Shown here piece after piece: positions 1-8,493 of a stretch of DNA of 64,000 nt. Origin of the DNA: an uncultured Nitrospirota bacterium (GTDB lineage Bacteria; Nitrospinota; Nitrospinia; CAJXCL01). Numbering within the stretch: the first letter of the stretch is position 1; each line of letters begins with the position of its first letter. The notes below the pieces were generated by a model. It had not been told where the DNA came from. It saw only the letters and a program-made list of their open reading frames with translations, and did not search any database. The stretch lies in assembly GCA_913051775.1 (NCBI GenBank), contig CAJXCL010000005.1, forward strand, positions 5,499-69,498, given 5' to 3'. A program made the position numbers and the translations under genes.

Positions 1-352
1 CCAATTCCACGAATGTTTCATGGGCCTTTTTTTCCATACCAATAGCGAGTTCCAAAACCGCTTTCATGTCTCCGTTTTGTAATATTTCCGTCTCATCCGC
101 TGAAATAATGCTTTGCGGAATATGCGATTCCAATAGTTTCACGTATCTCTCGGGATTAAATTCCTCCGGCCAAGGGGTACTTTTGGTTTTGTTGATAAGA
201 TGCCGGATGTGGCCTTCTTCCATATCAGCAAGTTCCAGAAAAAGCATACGGGATTCATCGTTTTTCGTAATTTCCGCTGCCTGGTTGAAAAAAACTTCGG
301 ACTTTACTTCATGCTCCAACGCTGATTTAAAAAGTTCAGCTGTTACCTGCAT
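1..352 (-). CDS. Ferritin-like/rubrerythrin-like diiron protein, 3' end outside window
   Basis: Reverse-strand translation from ATG (rc of 350-352) gives MQVTAELFKSALEHEV...LELADMEEGHIRH...LELAIGMEKKAHETF with ExxH-type diiron motifs. GGAGGAG Shine-Dalgarno sits 5 nt upstream. The listed + ORF 66..404 is Cys/Ser-rich and implausible. Confidence 0.55.
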   Translation of the reverse strand, partial: MQVTAELFKSALEHEVKSEVFFNQAAEITKNDESRMLFLELADMEEGHIRHLINKTKSTPWPEEFNPERYVKLLESHIPQSIISADETEILQNGDMKAVLELAIGMEKKAHETFVEL

Positions 353-484
353 AAACTCCTCCTTCAAATTTAAGTATAAGTTCTTTGAAATGAAGAATCA
401 ATAATTATTTGAAAAATAATTTATTAATATGAACAGCCAACTAAAAGGTCCCTTTATATTAATACGGATTTTTGGAGTATCATT

Positions 485-1072
485 ATGAATATGAAATTAG
501 TTTATTTATTGCGTCACAGCCAGACAGAGGATAATAACAACAGAATTATACAGGGACAAAGTGATTCCCCTTTAACTCCTGAGGGCATGAATTCTATAAA
601 AAAAAGAACTAAAAAACTCAACGATATAACTTTTAACGTAATCTACTGTAGTCCTTTAGGAAGAGCAAGGTCTTCTCTGGATATATTATTAAAAGAACTC
701 AAATAAAATACAAATGTCGCTTAGCTGGATGAATTAATGGAAATAGACTTTGGAAAATATACCAAAAAAAACATTAATGAAATCATAGATATCATTAAAG
801 TTCACAAAAAAAATACGTCAAAACCTTATCCCGATGGTGAAAGCGGGGATATGTTCAAGGAAAGAGTGATACGTTTTATGAGTAAGTTTATTCTAAAAAG
901 TGATGGAAAATGTTTTCTTGTAATGACACATTACGGGGTAATAGAAACAATACTACAACATTATAATAACCTTTCCTATGAAGAAATTCGTTCAAAGAAA
1001 GACGCCATTATACGTCTTTCTTTGAATCGGAATAATGCGGACGTTTCTTTTGAAGGAGATAAGGGGCTTTAA
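485..1072 (+). pseudogene. Histidine phosphatase (phosphoglycerate mutase family) gene interrupted by two in-frame stops (TAA 704-706, TAG 722-724)
   Basis: ORFs 485..706 (LLRHSQTEDN...SPLTPEG, the RHG-type N-terminal motif) and 737..1072 (VMTHYGVIETIL, C-terminal His motif) are in the same frame. Combined length of about 196 aa fits the family. Confidence 0.6.
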
Positions 1073-1083
1073 TGAGAGATCCC

Positions 1084-1740
1084 TTATAACACCCCTTTCG
1101 TGGAAGGAATATCTTTAATCCTTTTATCTATTCTGGTTCCCTGGTCCATTGCCTTTGCAAAAGCCTTGAAAATCGCTTCAACTATATGATGTAAATTGTT
1201 TCCTGAAATCATTCTAACATGAAGCGTAGCTCCGCAATTATTGGCAAAGGCCTGAAAAAAATCCTCAACCAATTCCACATCAAACTCACCGACTTTTTCT
1301 TTAGGAAGGTCCACATCATAAACAAAATAAGGCCTGCCGGCAATGTCCACTACTACTAACGCAAGTGCTTCATCAAGAGGGGTATAAGCAGAGCCAAATC
1401 TCCGAATTCCCTTTTTATCTTTCAGCGCTTTTTTGAAAGCCTCTCCCACTACAATGCCGACATCTTCCACCGTATGATGAAAATCAATCTCTACATCTCC
1501 TTTTGCCTTGATTTTCAGATCAAATAAACCGTGTTTAGCTAATTGAGCTAGCATGTGATCAAGAAAGGGGATATTAGTTGAAAGATCATATTTCCCCTCA
1601 CCATCAAGGTTTAAATCCATTTCAATTTCTGTCTCACTGGTTTTACGTTTTACAACAGCAGTTCTTTCCACAAAAATTTCCTTAAAATTTTCATAATTAG
1701 AAATTGAATCTCCCCGTGTTTCCGCACGGAGCTTCTTCAC
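1084..1740 (-). CDS. hisB: Imidazoleglycerol-phosphate dehydratase
   Basis: RKTSETEI...FLDHML...[16 protein letters not shown]...SGRPYF motifs typical of IGPD. Start may be downstream of the listed Met. Confidence 0.9.
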   Translation of the reverse strand: MKKLRAETRGDSISNYENFKEIFVERTAVVKRKTSETEIEMDLNLDGEGKYDLSTNIPFLDHMLAQLAKHGLFDLKIKAKGDVEIDFHHTVEDVGIVVGEAFKKALKDKKGIRRFGSAYTPLDEALALVVVDIAGRPYFVYDVDLPKEKVGEFDVELVEDFFQAFANNCGATLHVRMISGNNLHHIVEAIFKAFAKAMDQGTRIDKRIKDIPSTKGVL

Positions 1741-1777
1741 ACTTGGAAAATGAAAACCAATTTAATAATTTAAAAAC

Positions 1778-1800
1778 CGCAGGGGGCATACCCCTGCAAC
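1778..1800 (-). terminator. GC-rich hairpin GCAGGGG-gcata-CCCCTGC downstream of the cupin gene
   Basis: Perfect 7-bp stem in an AT-rich spacer between convergent/tandem minus-strand genes. The T-run is only partial. Confidence 0.3.
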
Positions 1801-1917
1801 CCCCACAAAAACTTTGCGCTCTCCACCCTTCCGTGAGGGGTATTCTGTCACAGTTTTTATAAAGATTAACACAAAGATAAGAAATTATAAAGTAAGAAGA
1901 TATTTTTAGATCCCAAA

Positions 1918-2244
1918 TTATTTCTTTGAAGCACAAAGGTAAACAACAGGCACGCGGCTTACTACTACGGCCCAATGCTCCGTATTAGCAGGCAGGTCCA
2001 AACGATCTCCAGGGTTCAATATAACTTCTTTATCGTTTCTCAGGCCCATTTTAATTGATCCTGAAATAATCCACCTGACTTCCAGATCAGGATGTGTATG
2101 CCACGGATATGAAACTCCCGGGTTGTCACTCCAGCGATAAAAATCAAGCCCCTCCTGCCTGAGAGAGTTCTCCAGTTCCTTAGCTGAAGGAGGAATATTT
2201 TTATCCCATCTTTGTAATTTCATAAAGCGTCCATGGGACCGCAA
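1918..2244 (-). CDS. Cupin domain protein
   Basis: WHTHPDLEVRWIISGSIKMG...LNPGDRLDLPANTEHW cupin two-motif pattern. Confidence 0.7.
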   Translation of the reverse strand: MRSHGRFMKLQRWDKNIPPSAKELENSLRQEGLDFYRWSDNPGVSYPWHTHPDLEVRWIISGSIKMGLRNDKEVILNPGDRLDLPANTEHWAVVVSRVPVVYLCASKK

Positions 2245-2366
2245 CTTATGACAACCCCATGTATCAGGGTGTCCGAAAACTAATTTAATAAAACGAGTGA
2301 AGTTTTAATCTGAGTTACTAGAACAGTACATAAAGAGGAAAACGTAAATATGATGTGGAACCCACC

Positions 2367-2522
2367 TTAGGAGATATTAAACAAAATATGGGATTTCGAA
2401 AGCTTCTCTTAAGGACAAAACCCAAGGTGAATATCGAAGTCGGTTTAGTAGCTATCGCTCACAATATTAAAAAGATAAAATCCTTCTTGCAGGTCAATCA
2501 GATGGCTTTCCAGTTAGCATAA
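2367..2522 (+). mobile_element. C-terminal remnant of an IS1182/IS5-like DDE transposase
   Basis: Translation GDIKQNMGFRKLLLRTKPKVNIEVGLVAIAHNIKKI resembles the conserved C-terminal tail of IS1182-type transposases (..NRGFRRFLLRGLEKV..EWGLVAIAHNLKK). It starts right after a stop, so it is a fragment. Confidence 0.5.
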
Positions 2523-2755
2523 TTGGAAAGATTAATAGATCCGAGCCGTTCCCAAAGGAAAATAACAAAAAAATAACCCTTTGTGCGTACCTTTTAGGGT
2601 TTTAGCCAATATAGAAATTTTTTTCGGACACCCTAGGACTCAGGGGGTGTTAATTTATTTTTGTTGCGGCTATCGATCGTTATGTCATTCCCGACTTGAT
2701 CTGGAATCCATGATTAAGGATACGAATTTCCGTTATGAAACAGTGCTTCTTTCTG

Positions 2756-3847
2756 TTAGCTTGTTAACGCACTCAAACTTTTAAGTATTATTTCATCCGG
2801 AATATCATCTCTGATTACGACAGATCCAGGCTGTTTCATTAAAACAAGTTTGATCTTATCATTTCTTACTTTTTTATCATAGTATAAAGCCGACAGGATT
2901 TTCTCCGGGCTGATATTTGGCAGTTGCGTGGCTAAATTAAAAGATTCTATAAGTTTCTTTACTCTTTCAACATCTTTTTTATCGCATAGTTCCGCTTCAT
3001 GAGAGATAAAAGCCGCAGCGATCATTCCAATAGCCACGGCCTCTCCATGCTTATACTTCTCATACCCGGTCAGACTTTCCAAGGCGTGACCGATAGTATG
3101 TCCGTAGTTTAAGACCGAGCGAAGCCCTTTTTCCCGCTCGTCTTTTGAAACAATGGAAGCCTTGATTTTGCACGAGGCTTCAATAATATACTGCAATGCA
3201 TTGAAGTCCAGGTTTTTAATATCCTCGACGCGGCTTTCTAAAAAGTTAAACAGCATTTCATCGGCAATTATCCCATATTTTATTATTTCCGCCATTCCAC
3301 AGCGAAATTCAATTTTTGGCAATGTTTTCAGGGCATTCAGGTCTACAAAAACCCCTGCAGGTTGATAAAAAGCGCCGATCATATTTTTCCCCAGGGGGTG
3401 ATTGACAGCGGTTTTCCCGCCGACGCTGCTGTCTACCTGGGCGAGCAAAGAAGTCGGTATCTGAATATAAGGGACTCCTCTTCTATATGTTGCCGCGACA
3501 AAACCCGTAAGGTCACCAAGAACTCCACCACCCATGGCTATTAAAGGTGAATATCGGTCATGTTTGCCGTCAAGCAGGCGGTCATAGATTTTTTCCGCTT
3601 CCCGCATATTTTTGTATTTTTCCCCGTCTGGGACTTCTATAACTTCCATCTCAAATCCATTCTTTTTTAGATTTAAAATGATTCTTTCACCATAAAGCTT
3701 TATGAGGTGTGAATTAGAAATAAGTACTGCTTTATGAGAAAAATGAAACTGTTGAATTCGCTCACCTATTGTGTTCAGTGTATTCAAGCCGATATGGATA
3801 TAATAGCTTCGTTCACCTAATTCTACTTTGACGACTTTTTCATTCAC
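2756..3847 (-). CDS. aroB: 3-dehydroquinate synthase
   Basis: GGGVLGDLTGFVAATYRRGVPYIQIPTSLLAQVDSSVGGKTAVNHPLGKNMIGAFYQP motifs. Confidence 0.9.
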   Translation of the reverse strand: MNEKVVKVELGERSYYIHIGLNTLNTIGERIQQFHFSHKAVLISNSHLIKLYGERIILNLKKNGFEMEVIEVPDGEKYKNMREAEKIYDRLLDGKHDRYSPLIAMGGGVLGDLTGFVAATYRRGVPYIQIPTSLLAQVDSSVGGKTAVNHPLGKNMIGAFYQPAGVFVDLNALKTLPKIEFRCGMAEIIKYGIIADEMLFNFLESRVEDIKNLDFNALQYIIEASCKIKASIVSKDEREKGLRSVLNYGHTIGHALESLTGYEKYKHGEAVAIGMIAAAFISHEAELCDKKDVERVKKLIESFNLATQLPNISPEKILSALYYDKKVRNDKIKLVLMKQPGSVVIRDDIPDEIILKSLSALTS

Positions 3848-4025
3848 ACTGGTTGCTCACTGTTCGTTTCTGGTTGTGACCTGCCCTACTATTTGTACCA
3901 CTCGTAGAGTCAGTCCTATTTCATCATTCCTTTATTTAATGCGTAGCATAATATGAAGGAATCAACTCAATAAATTCCGGTGCTGCTGGCCTATAACTTA
4001 AAGAGCTATGAGGTCGAAAAGTATT

Positions 4026-4226
4026 CTATCCTTTTCTCCACACCTCAATCAATACTTTTGCTTCCAATAAGGTTTCAAATATTTCACCATTAAGCAGTTC
4101 ATCCCTTAGTTTACCATTAAAACTTTTAATATAGCCGTTCTCCCAAGGACTTCCAGGTTCAATGTAAAGCGTCCTGACGCCAACACTACCTAACCAATCT
4201 CTAACTGCTGTCGCTGTATATTCTGC
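4026..4226 (-). mobile_element. Internal/C-terminal fragment of an IS3-family transposase (rve integrase core)
   Basis: Reverse-strand translation AEYTATAVRDWLGSVGVRTLYIEPGSPWENGYIKSFNGKLRDELLNGEIFETLLEAKVLIEVWRKG* matches the conserved SPWENGYIESFNGKLRDE motif of IS3 OrfB. It has no start codon and is preceded by a stop. Confidence 0.6.
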
Positions 4227-4255
4227 TTAGTTTTCTATAATCGAGCAGATTTAAT

Positions 4256-5338
4256 TTAGTCACTATCATCAAACCTTCTAATAGCAAGCCCTGTCGCTAT
4301 TGCTATCATGGGACTGATATAATCTATGTACTCCGGATCAAATATTTTTTTATTGACAGAAACTTTTTTCAAAGGATCAAGTGTTTCGACGCTAACCCCC
4401 AACTTTTCACTTAAAAGCTGGTTTATGCCTGATATCTTTGAACTGCCTCCGCTTAAAAATATTTTTTCAACATTACGGTTGGCTGCAGTACTGTAAAACT
4501 CAATAGATTTTTGAATTTCAGAAGCAATAACATCCGTATCCTCCATGATAATAGAAACGATTTTATCTTTATTATCTTCAGTAACATTCAACCCTAATTT
4601 CATTTTTTCGGCATCTTCGTAATCAACTTTCAACTGTTTTTGGATGGTTTCCGTAAATTTGTTTCCTCCCAGAAGAATGTCTCGGGTAAATCCCGCAGAA
4701 CCACCCTCGATAATACCAATATTGGTTACAGAAGCTCCTATGTTTACAATAGAAACCACCTCATCCATTTTCTCATCGTAATTAAGGCTGAAGTTGTTTT
4801 TTGCTGCGAAAACATCGAGGTCAAAAACCACCGGTTTTAAGCCGGCGTTTAAGAGAATGCTCTCTCGCTGTTCAATAATATCTTTTTTGGCTGCAACCAA
4901 CAAAACTTCCATTTGCTCATCTGTATCTTCGCTTTCCGCATCCGGTTCTTTTACTACTGTGCCTAAAATAGTAAAATCTATATTGACATCCTTGATGTCA
5001 AACGGAATATATTGCTCCGCTTCCATTTTGATGGATTCAGCTAATTCTTGTTCGCTCATTTTAGGTATATTAATTTTTTTTATGACCACTGATTCTCCGG
5101 AAATAGATATTACGGCAAATTTTGTTTTTATTTTTTCAGAGGAAATTAGCTGCTTTACAGCTTCTGAAACAAGGTTGGGATTTTTAGTCATTCCATCTTC
5201 AAATGTATTTTCAGGAAGAGGAACAAGCCCAGCATTCAAAAGTTCAAACTGTTTCTTTTTTTGAAGTAGCTGAACAATTTTAATGGAATGAGATCCAATA
5301 TCAATCCCTACTAATTGTGACTTTTTTGAGAGCCCCAT
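4256..5338 (-). CDS. pilM: Type IV pilus assembly protein PilM
   Basis: GIDIGSHSIKIVQL N-terminus and actin-like ATPase fold motifs. Confidence 0.85.
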   Translation of the reverse strand: MGLSKKSQLVGIDIGSHSIKIVQLLQKKKQFELLNAGLVPLPENTFEDGMTKNPNLVSEAVKQLISSEKIKTKFAVISISGESVVIKKINIPKMSEQELAESIKMEAEQYIPFDIKDVNIDFTILGTVVKEPDAESEDTDEQMEVLLVAAKKDIIEQRESILLNAGLKPVVFDLDVFAAKNNFSLNYDEKMDEVVSIVNIGASVTNIGIIEGGSAGFTRDILLGGNKFTETIQKQLKVDYEDAEKMKLGLNVTEDNKDKIVSIIMEDTDVIASEIQKSIEFYSTAANRNVEKIFLSGGSSKISGINQLLSEKLGVSVETLDPLKKVSVNKKIFDPEYIDYISPMIAIATGLAIRRFDDSD

Positions 5339-5339
5339 A

Positions 5340-5540
5340 TTAATCCTCAGGGAAAATTTTCTCTTTTTGATCCAGTTTATATCCCAAAGCTATAATTATT
5401 TTTCTTCGTGTATCCAGACGGCATTGATGTCCTTTTTCAATTCGGTCAATGGTTTGGACTGAAACATTTGCCTGACGTACCAGCTCAGCTTTACTCATCA
5501 TTCGTAACTCTCTAATTTTTTTTACATGGTTATCGAGCAT
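5340..5540 (-). CDS. XRE-family helix-turn-helix transcriptional regulator
   Basis: IRELRMMSKAELVRQANVSVQTIDRIEKG is an HTH_3 motif. Confidence 0.6.
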   Translation of the reverse strand: MLDNHVKKIRELRMMSKAELVRQANVSVQTIDRIEKGHQCRLDTRRKIIIALGYKLDQKEKIFPED

Positions 5541-5643
5541 AATTTCCTTCTAGTTAAAAAGTTAATTTATGCCAAATTAAACACTTTTTATGATCAAAGG
5601 GGTATAACTCTATAATAAATATAATATTAGTCAATACTGTTCT

Positions 5644-7206
5644 TTAGTTACATTTAATTAGATTAAATTTAGTATAATTATATTCTGTTTTTTTGGATGA
5701 ATTCCTCATGTTTTGAATAGCAGTTTGCATAGCTTTGGCTTTGTTAAAAGTTTCGTAAAACTCTAGTTCAGGTTCTGAATCTGCAACAATTCCCGCTCCA
5801 ACCTGAAAGTAGGTCTTGCCGTTATTTATCAATACGGTTCTGATAATTATATTTAAATCCATCTCTCCAGAAAAACCAATATAGCCTAAAGAACCCGTAT
5901 AAAGACCACGGCTAATATTCTCAATTTCGTTAATTATTTCCATGCTTCTAATTTTGGGGCAACCAGTAATGGTGCCTCCTGGAAAGCAGGCATTCAAAAT
6001 CGCTTTCAAATTAATATTATTTTTTAAAATGCCTTTAATATTAGAGACAATATGCCAGACATGGGAGTATCTTTCAAGAATCATAAATTCATTGACCTTC
6101 ACACTTCCATATTTACACAATCTGCCTAAATCATTTCTCTCTAAATCAACAAGCATAAGATGTTCGGCTTTCTCTTTTTCGCTTAAAAGCAGTTCATTGG
6201 AAAGTGATTTGTCCTGATTCAATGTAATTCCTCTTGGTCTGGTTCCAGCTATAGGTCTTGTTTCAATTCTGTTTTTATAAACTTTAACCAATCGTTCGGG
6301 AGAAGAACTCACGATAAAAAAATCATCCAATTTTAAAAAAGCTGAAAAAGGAGAAGGGTTTATATTTTGTAAGCATTTGAAAAGAATAAATGGGTCCCCA
6401 TCAAATTCTGCTTCAAACCGCTGGGATAAATTGGCCTGATAAATCTCCCCTTCTTTAAGATATGTTTTGACCTTTCTCACCATATCTTCGAATTCCTTTT
6501 TAGTAACATTAGACTGAAAAGCTTCCTTTGCTATTACTATTTTTTTCTTGTTGTTGAAGCTTTTTTCTTTAGAAGGGGATAAATGATACTGATTAATTCT
6601 ATCTGTCAGTCTAAGAATTAAATTGGAATAAATTTGATCGACTTGTTTTACATTGGTTTTGGCTAAACAAATGAATTTGATCTTTTTTTCAAGATGATCG
6701 ATAGCAACAATCTCATCGACAAAGATAAAATGGATATCCGGAAGATTGAGGCCGTCTTTTTTTATCCCAAAAGATGGTTCTAAGTAATGAACCAGGTCAT
6801 AACTGAAATAGCCGATACCACCGCCAAAAAAATGCGGTAAATAAGAAAAGTAAGAACTCTTGTATTCTTCAAGTATTGCTGTAAAGGATTTAATTGGATC
6901 TGATTTTTCTGAAAAGGTTTTTCCCTTTTTCCAGATTGTTGCATTTCCGTCCTGGTATTTAAAACGAAGAAAAGGATCTCCTCCTAAAAAAGAATACCTG
7001 GCGTTTATTTTTTTACCTTTGCCGCTATTTAATAAAAAAGCGTATTTGCATTGATAAAACAGGTCTTCAAAAATTCCGATAACGGATTTTCTTCCGTCTA
7101 ATGGAAGTTCTGCAACAACAGGAACCAAAGAATGATTTTGAGAAAGGTCAGCAAACTTATCTTCATCGGGATAAAAATTTGCCATAAGCTCTTTTAAATG
7201 TTTCAT
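5644..7206 (-). CDS. Chorismate-binding enzyme (aminodeoxychorismate/anthranilate synthase component I-like)
   Basis: SSSPERLVKV, PIAGTRPRG, AEHLMLVDLERNDLGR, YSHVWHIVSN, GGTITGCPKIRSMEII motifs. No adjacent glutamine amidotransferase. Confidence 0.8.
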   Translation of the reverse strand: MKHLKELMANFYPDEDKFADLSQNHSLVPVVAELPLDGRKSVIGIFEDLFYQCKYAFLLNSGKGKKINARYSFLGGDPFLRFKYQDGNATIWKKGKTFSEKSDPIKSFTAILEEYKSSYFSYLPHFFGGGIGYFSYDLVHYLEPSFGIKKDGLNLPDIHFIFVDEIVAIDHLEKKIKFICLAKTNVKQVDQIYSNLILRLTDRINQYHLSPSKEKSFNNKKKIVIAKEAFQSNVTKKEFEDMVRKVKTYLKEGEIYQANLSQRFEAEFDGDPFILFKCLQNINPSPFSAFLKLDDFFIVSSSPERLVKVYKNRIETRPIAGTRPRGITLNQDKSLSNELLLSEKEKAEHLMLVDLERNDLGRLCKYGSVKVNEFMILERYSHVWHIVSNIKGILKNNINLKAILNACFPGGTITGCPKIRSMEIINEIENISRGLYTGSLGYIGFSGEMDLNIIIRTVLINNGKTYFQVGAGIVADSEPELEFYETFNKAKAMQTAIQNMRNSSKKTEYNYTKFNLIKCN

Positions 7207-7325
7207 GGTTTATATTGTTACAGTTAAGGGCAAACGGACGGATGTAAAGCTGAAGCTTTACCCTGCAAATGATTTCTAATCAATTAGGTATGCAGGGCAA
7301 ACCTTTATGTTTGCTTTGACAAACA

Positions 7326-8486
7326 TTAAAACTCCTGCTTGATCACTTTGATGTTTTCGGGAGAAGAAAAAAGATCATAAACCGTCATCGCAAGGGCTTT
7401 TGCTCCGGAGACCATTCTTTCAATTCCTTTATCGGACCTGGCTGCTCTTGTAAATTCAGGGGAATGGGCCACTGTTTTTAAGCCGCATATTCCAATATCT
7501 ATGTGTATAGTAGGCAACATCTGGCTTAAATTTCCAATATCTGAAGACCCTTTCCCACCCTCTTTCTTTGTTGAATCCTCTTTAATTCCAAGGAGGGTTA
7601 AGTTTTTTCTAAACAGGTCTGCAAGGGAATAGTTAGGTTTAAAAGGGTGATATGCCAAATCTTTTTTTTCTTTAGTAAGAGTGCAGCCGGTTGATAGTGC
7701 AGCTCCCTCAGCGCATTTTATAACTTTTTCGATGACTTTCTTAAAATAAGGGATATCCAGGGCTCTAATATAGAAAATAGCTGATGCGTTATCCGGGATT
7801 ATATTCGGGGCTGTTCCGCCTTTGATAATAATGCCATGGACACGGGCATCATCCCTTAGCTGTTGACGCAGAGCATTAATGTTGTTGAATGTCTGAATAA
7901 CCCCGTCCAGAGCATTAATTCCTTCATAGGGAAATGCTGCTGCATGAGCCGATTTCCCATGAAAGGTAAACTTTATTTCCTGAAGGGCAAGCATCAAGGA
8001 TACACATCTGGTCTGATTGGAAGGATGCATCATCATAGCCACATCGACATTATTAAAAATTCCGTTTTTCATCATTGATATTTTTCCACCACCGCCCTCC
8101 TCTGCCGGAGTTCCGATAACCAGTAGTTGTCCATTCATTTTAAAATTTAAATGGTGCATTGCTGCAGCAGCTCCAATACTTGCCGCCCCGATTAAATTAT
8201 GCCCACAAGCATGGCCCAATTCCGGTAAAGCATCATATTCTGCCAAAAGCGCTACTGTTGGATGTCCACTATAATTGCTGGAAGAAGCTCTAAAAGAAGT
8301 GGGCAGCCCTGACAAACCTTTTTCAACGAACAAACCATTCTGAGCCAAAAAGGAGGTTAAGATTTCCATTGAACGGTATTCTTGAAAAGGCATCTCCGGA
8401 TTATCGTGCATTTCAAGAGCAATATCGGCCAGTGTTTGCTTAATCGTATCGATAAAATTTATAATTGCTTTTTTGTCTTTATCCAT
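7326..8486 (-). CDS. M20D-family amidohydrolase (AbgB/hippurate hydrolase-like)
   Basis: GHACGHNLIGAASIGAA, GTPAEEGGGGK motifs. It sits 8 nt after the upstream gene and 120 nt before the downstream gene, so an operon is probable. Confidence 0.85.
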   Translation of the reverse strand: MDKDKKAIINFIDTIKQTLADIALEMHDNPEMPFQEYRSMEILTSFLAQNGLFVEKGLSGLPTSFRASSSNYSGHPTVALLAEYDALPELGHACGHNLIGAASIGAAAAMHHLNFKMNGQLLVIGTPAEEGGGGKISMMKNGIFNNVDVAMMMHPSNQTRCVSLMLALQEIKFTFHGKSAHAAAFPYEGINALDGVIQTFNNINALRQQLRDDARVHGIIIKGGTAPNIIPDNASAIFYIRALDIPYFKKVIEKVIKCAEGAALSTGCTLTKEKKDLAYHPFKPNYSLADLFRKNLTLLGIKEDSTKKEGGKGSSDIGNLSQMLPTIHIDIGICGLKTVAHSPEFTRAARSDKGIERMVSGAKALAMTVYDLFSSPENIKVIKQEF

Positions 8487-8493
8487 GAACGTA

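Noticed and set aside
66-404. Plus-strand ORF (112 aa) at the window start
   Set aside because: Cys/Ser-rich, low-complexity translation. The opposite strand encodes a convincing ferritin/rubrerythrin-like protein with a strong RBS.
1697-1975. Minus-strand 92-aa ORF overlapping the hisB start and the terminator hairpin
   Set aside because: Overlaps a confident gene and a GC hairpin. Composition is non-protein-like.
3153-3544. Plus-strand ORFs antisense to aroB (also 4640..5264, 5942..6217, 6860..7054, 7863..8274, 8773..9546, 11979..13039, 13819..14094, 14568..15230, 16340..16703, 16949..17301, 19182..19660, 20791..20973, 21234..21710, 22001..22183, 22758..22964, 23503..24243, 25298..25540, 27583..27822, 28081..28904, 29133..29342, 30384..30917, 32032..32262, 33854..34072, 35129..35392, 37219..37413, 37781..38215, 39176..39382, 39762..40466, 41946..42276, 43382..43612, 44833..45151, 45835..46068, 46736..47580, 47711..48025, 49200..50023, 50538..50792, 52744..52926, 53919..54116, 56130..56817, 58386..58948, 59937..60221, 61005..61619, 62214..62447)
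   Set aside because: All lie antisense to, or out of frame within, well-supported conserved genes and have biased low-complexity compositions typical of shadow ORFs.
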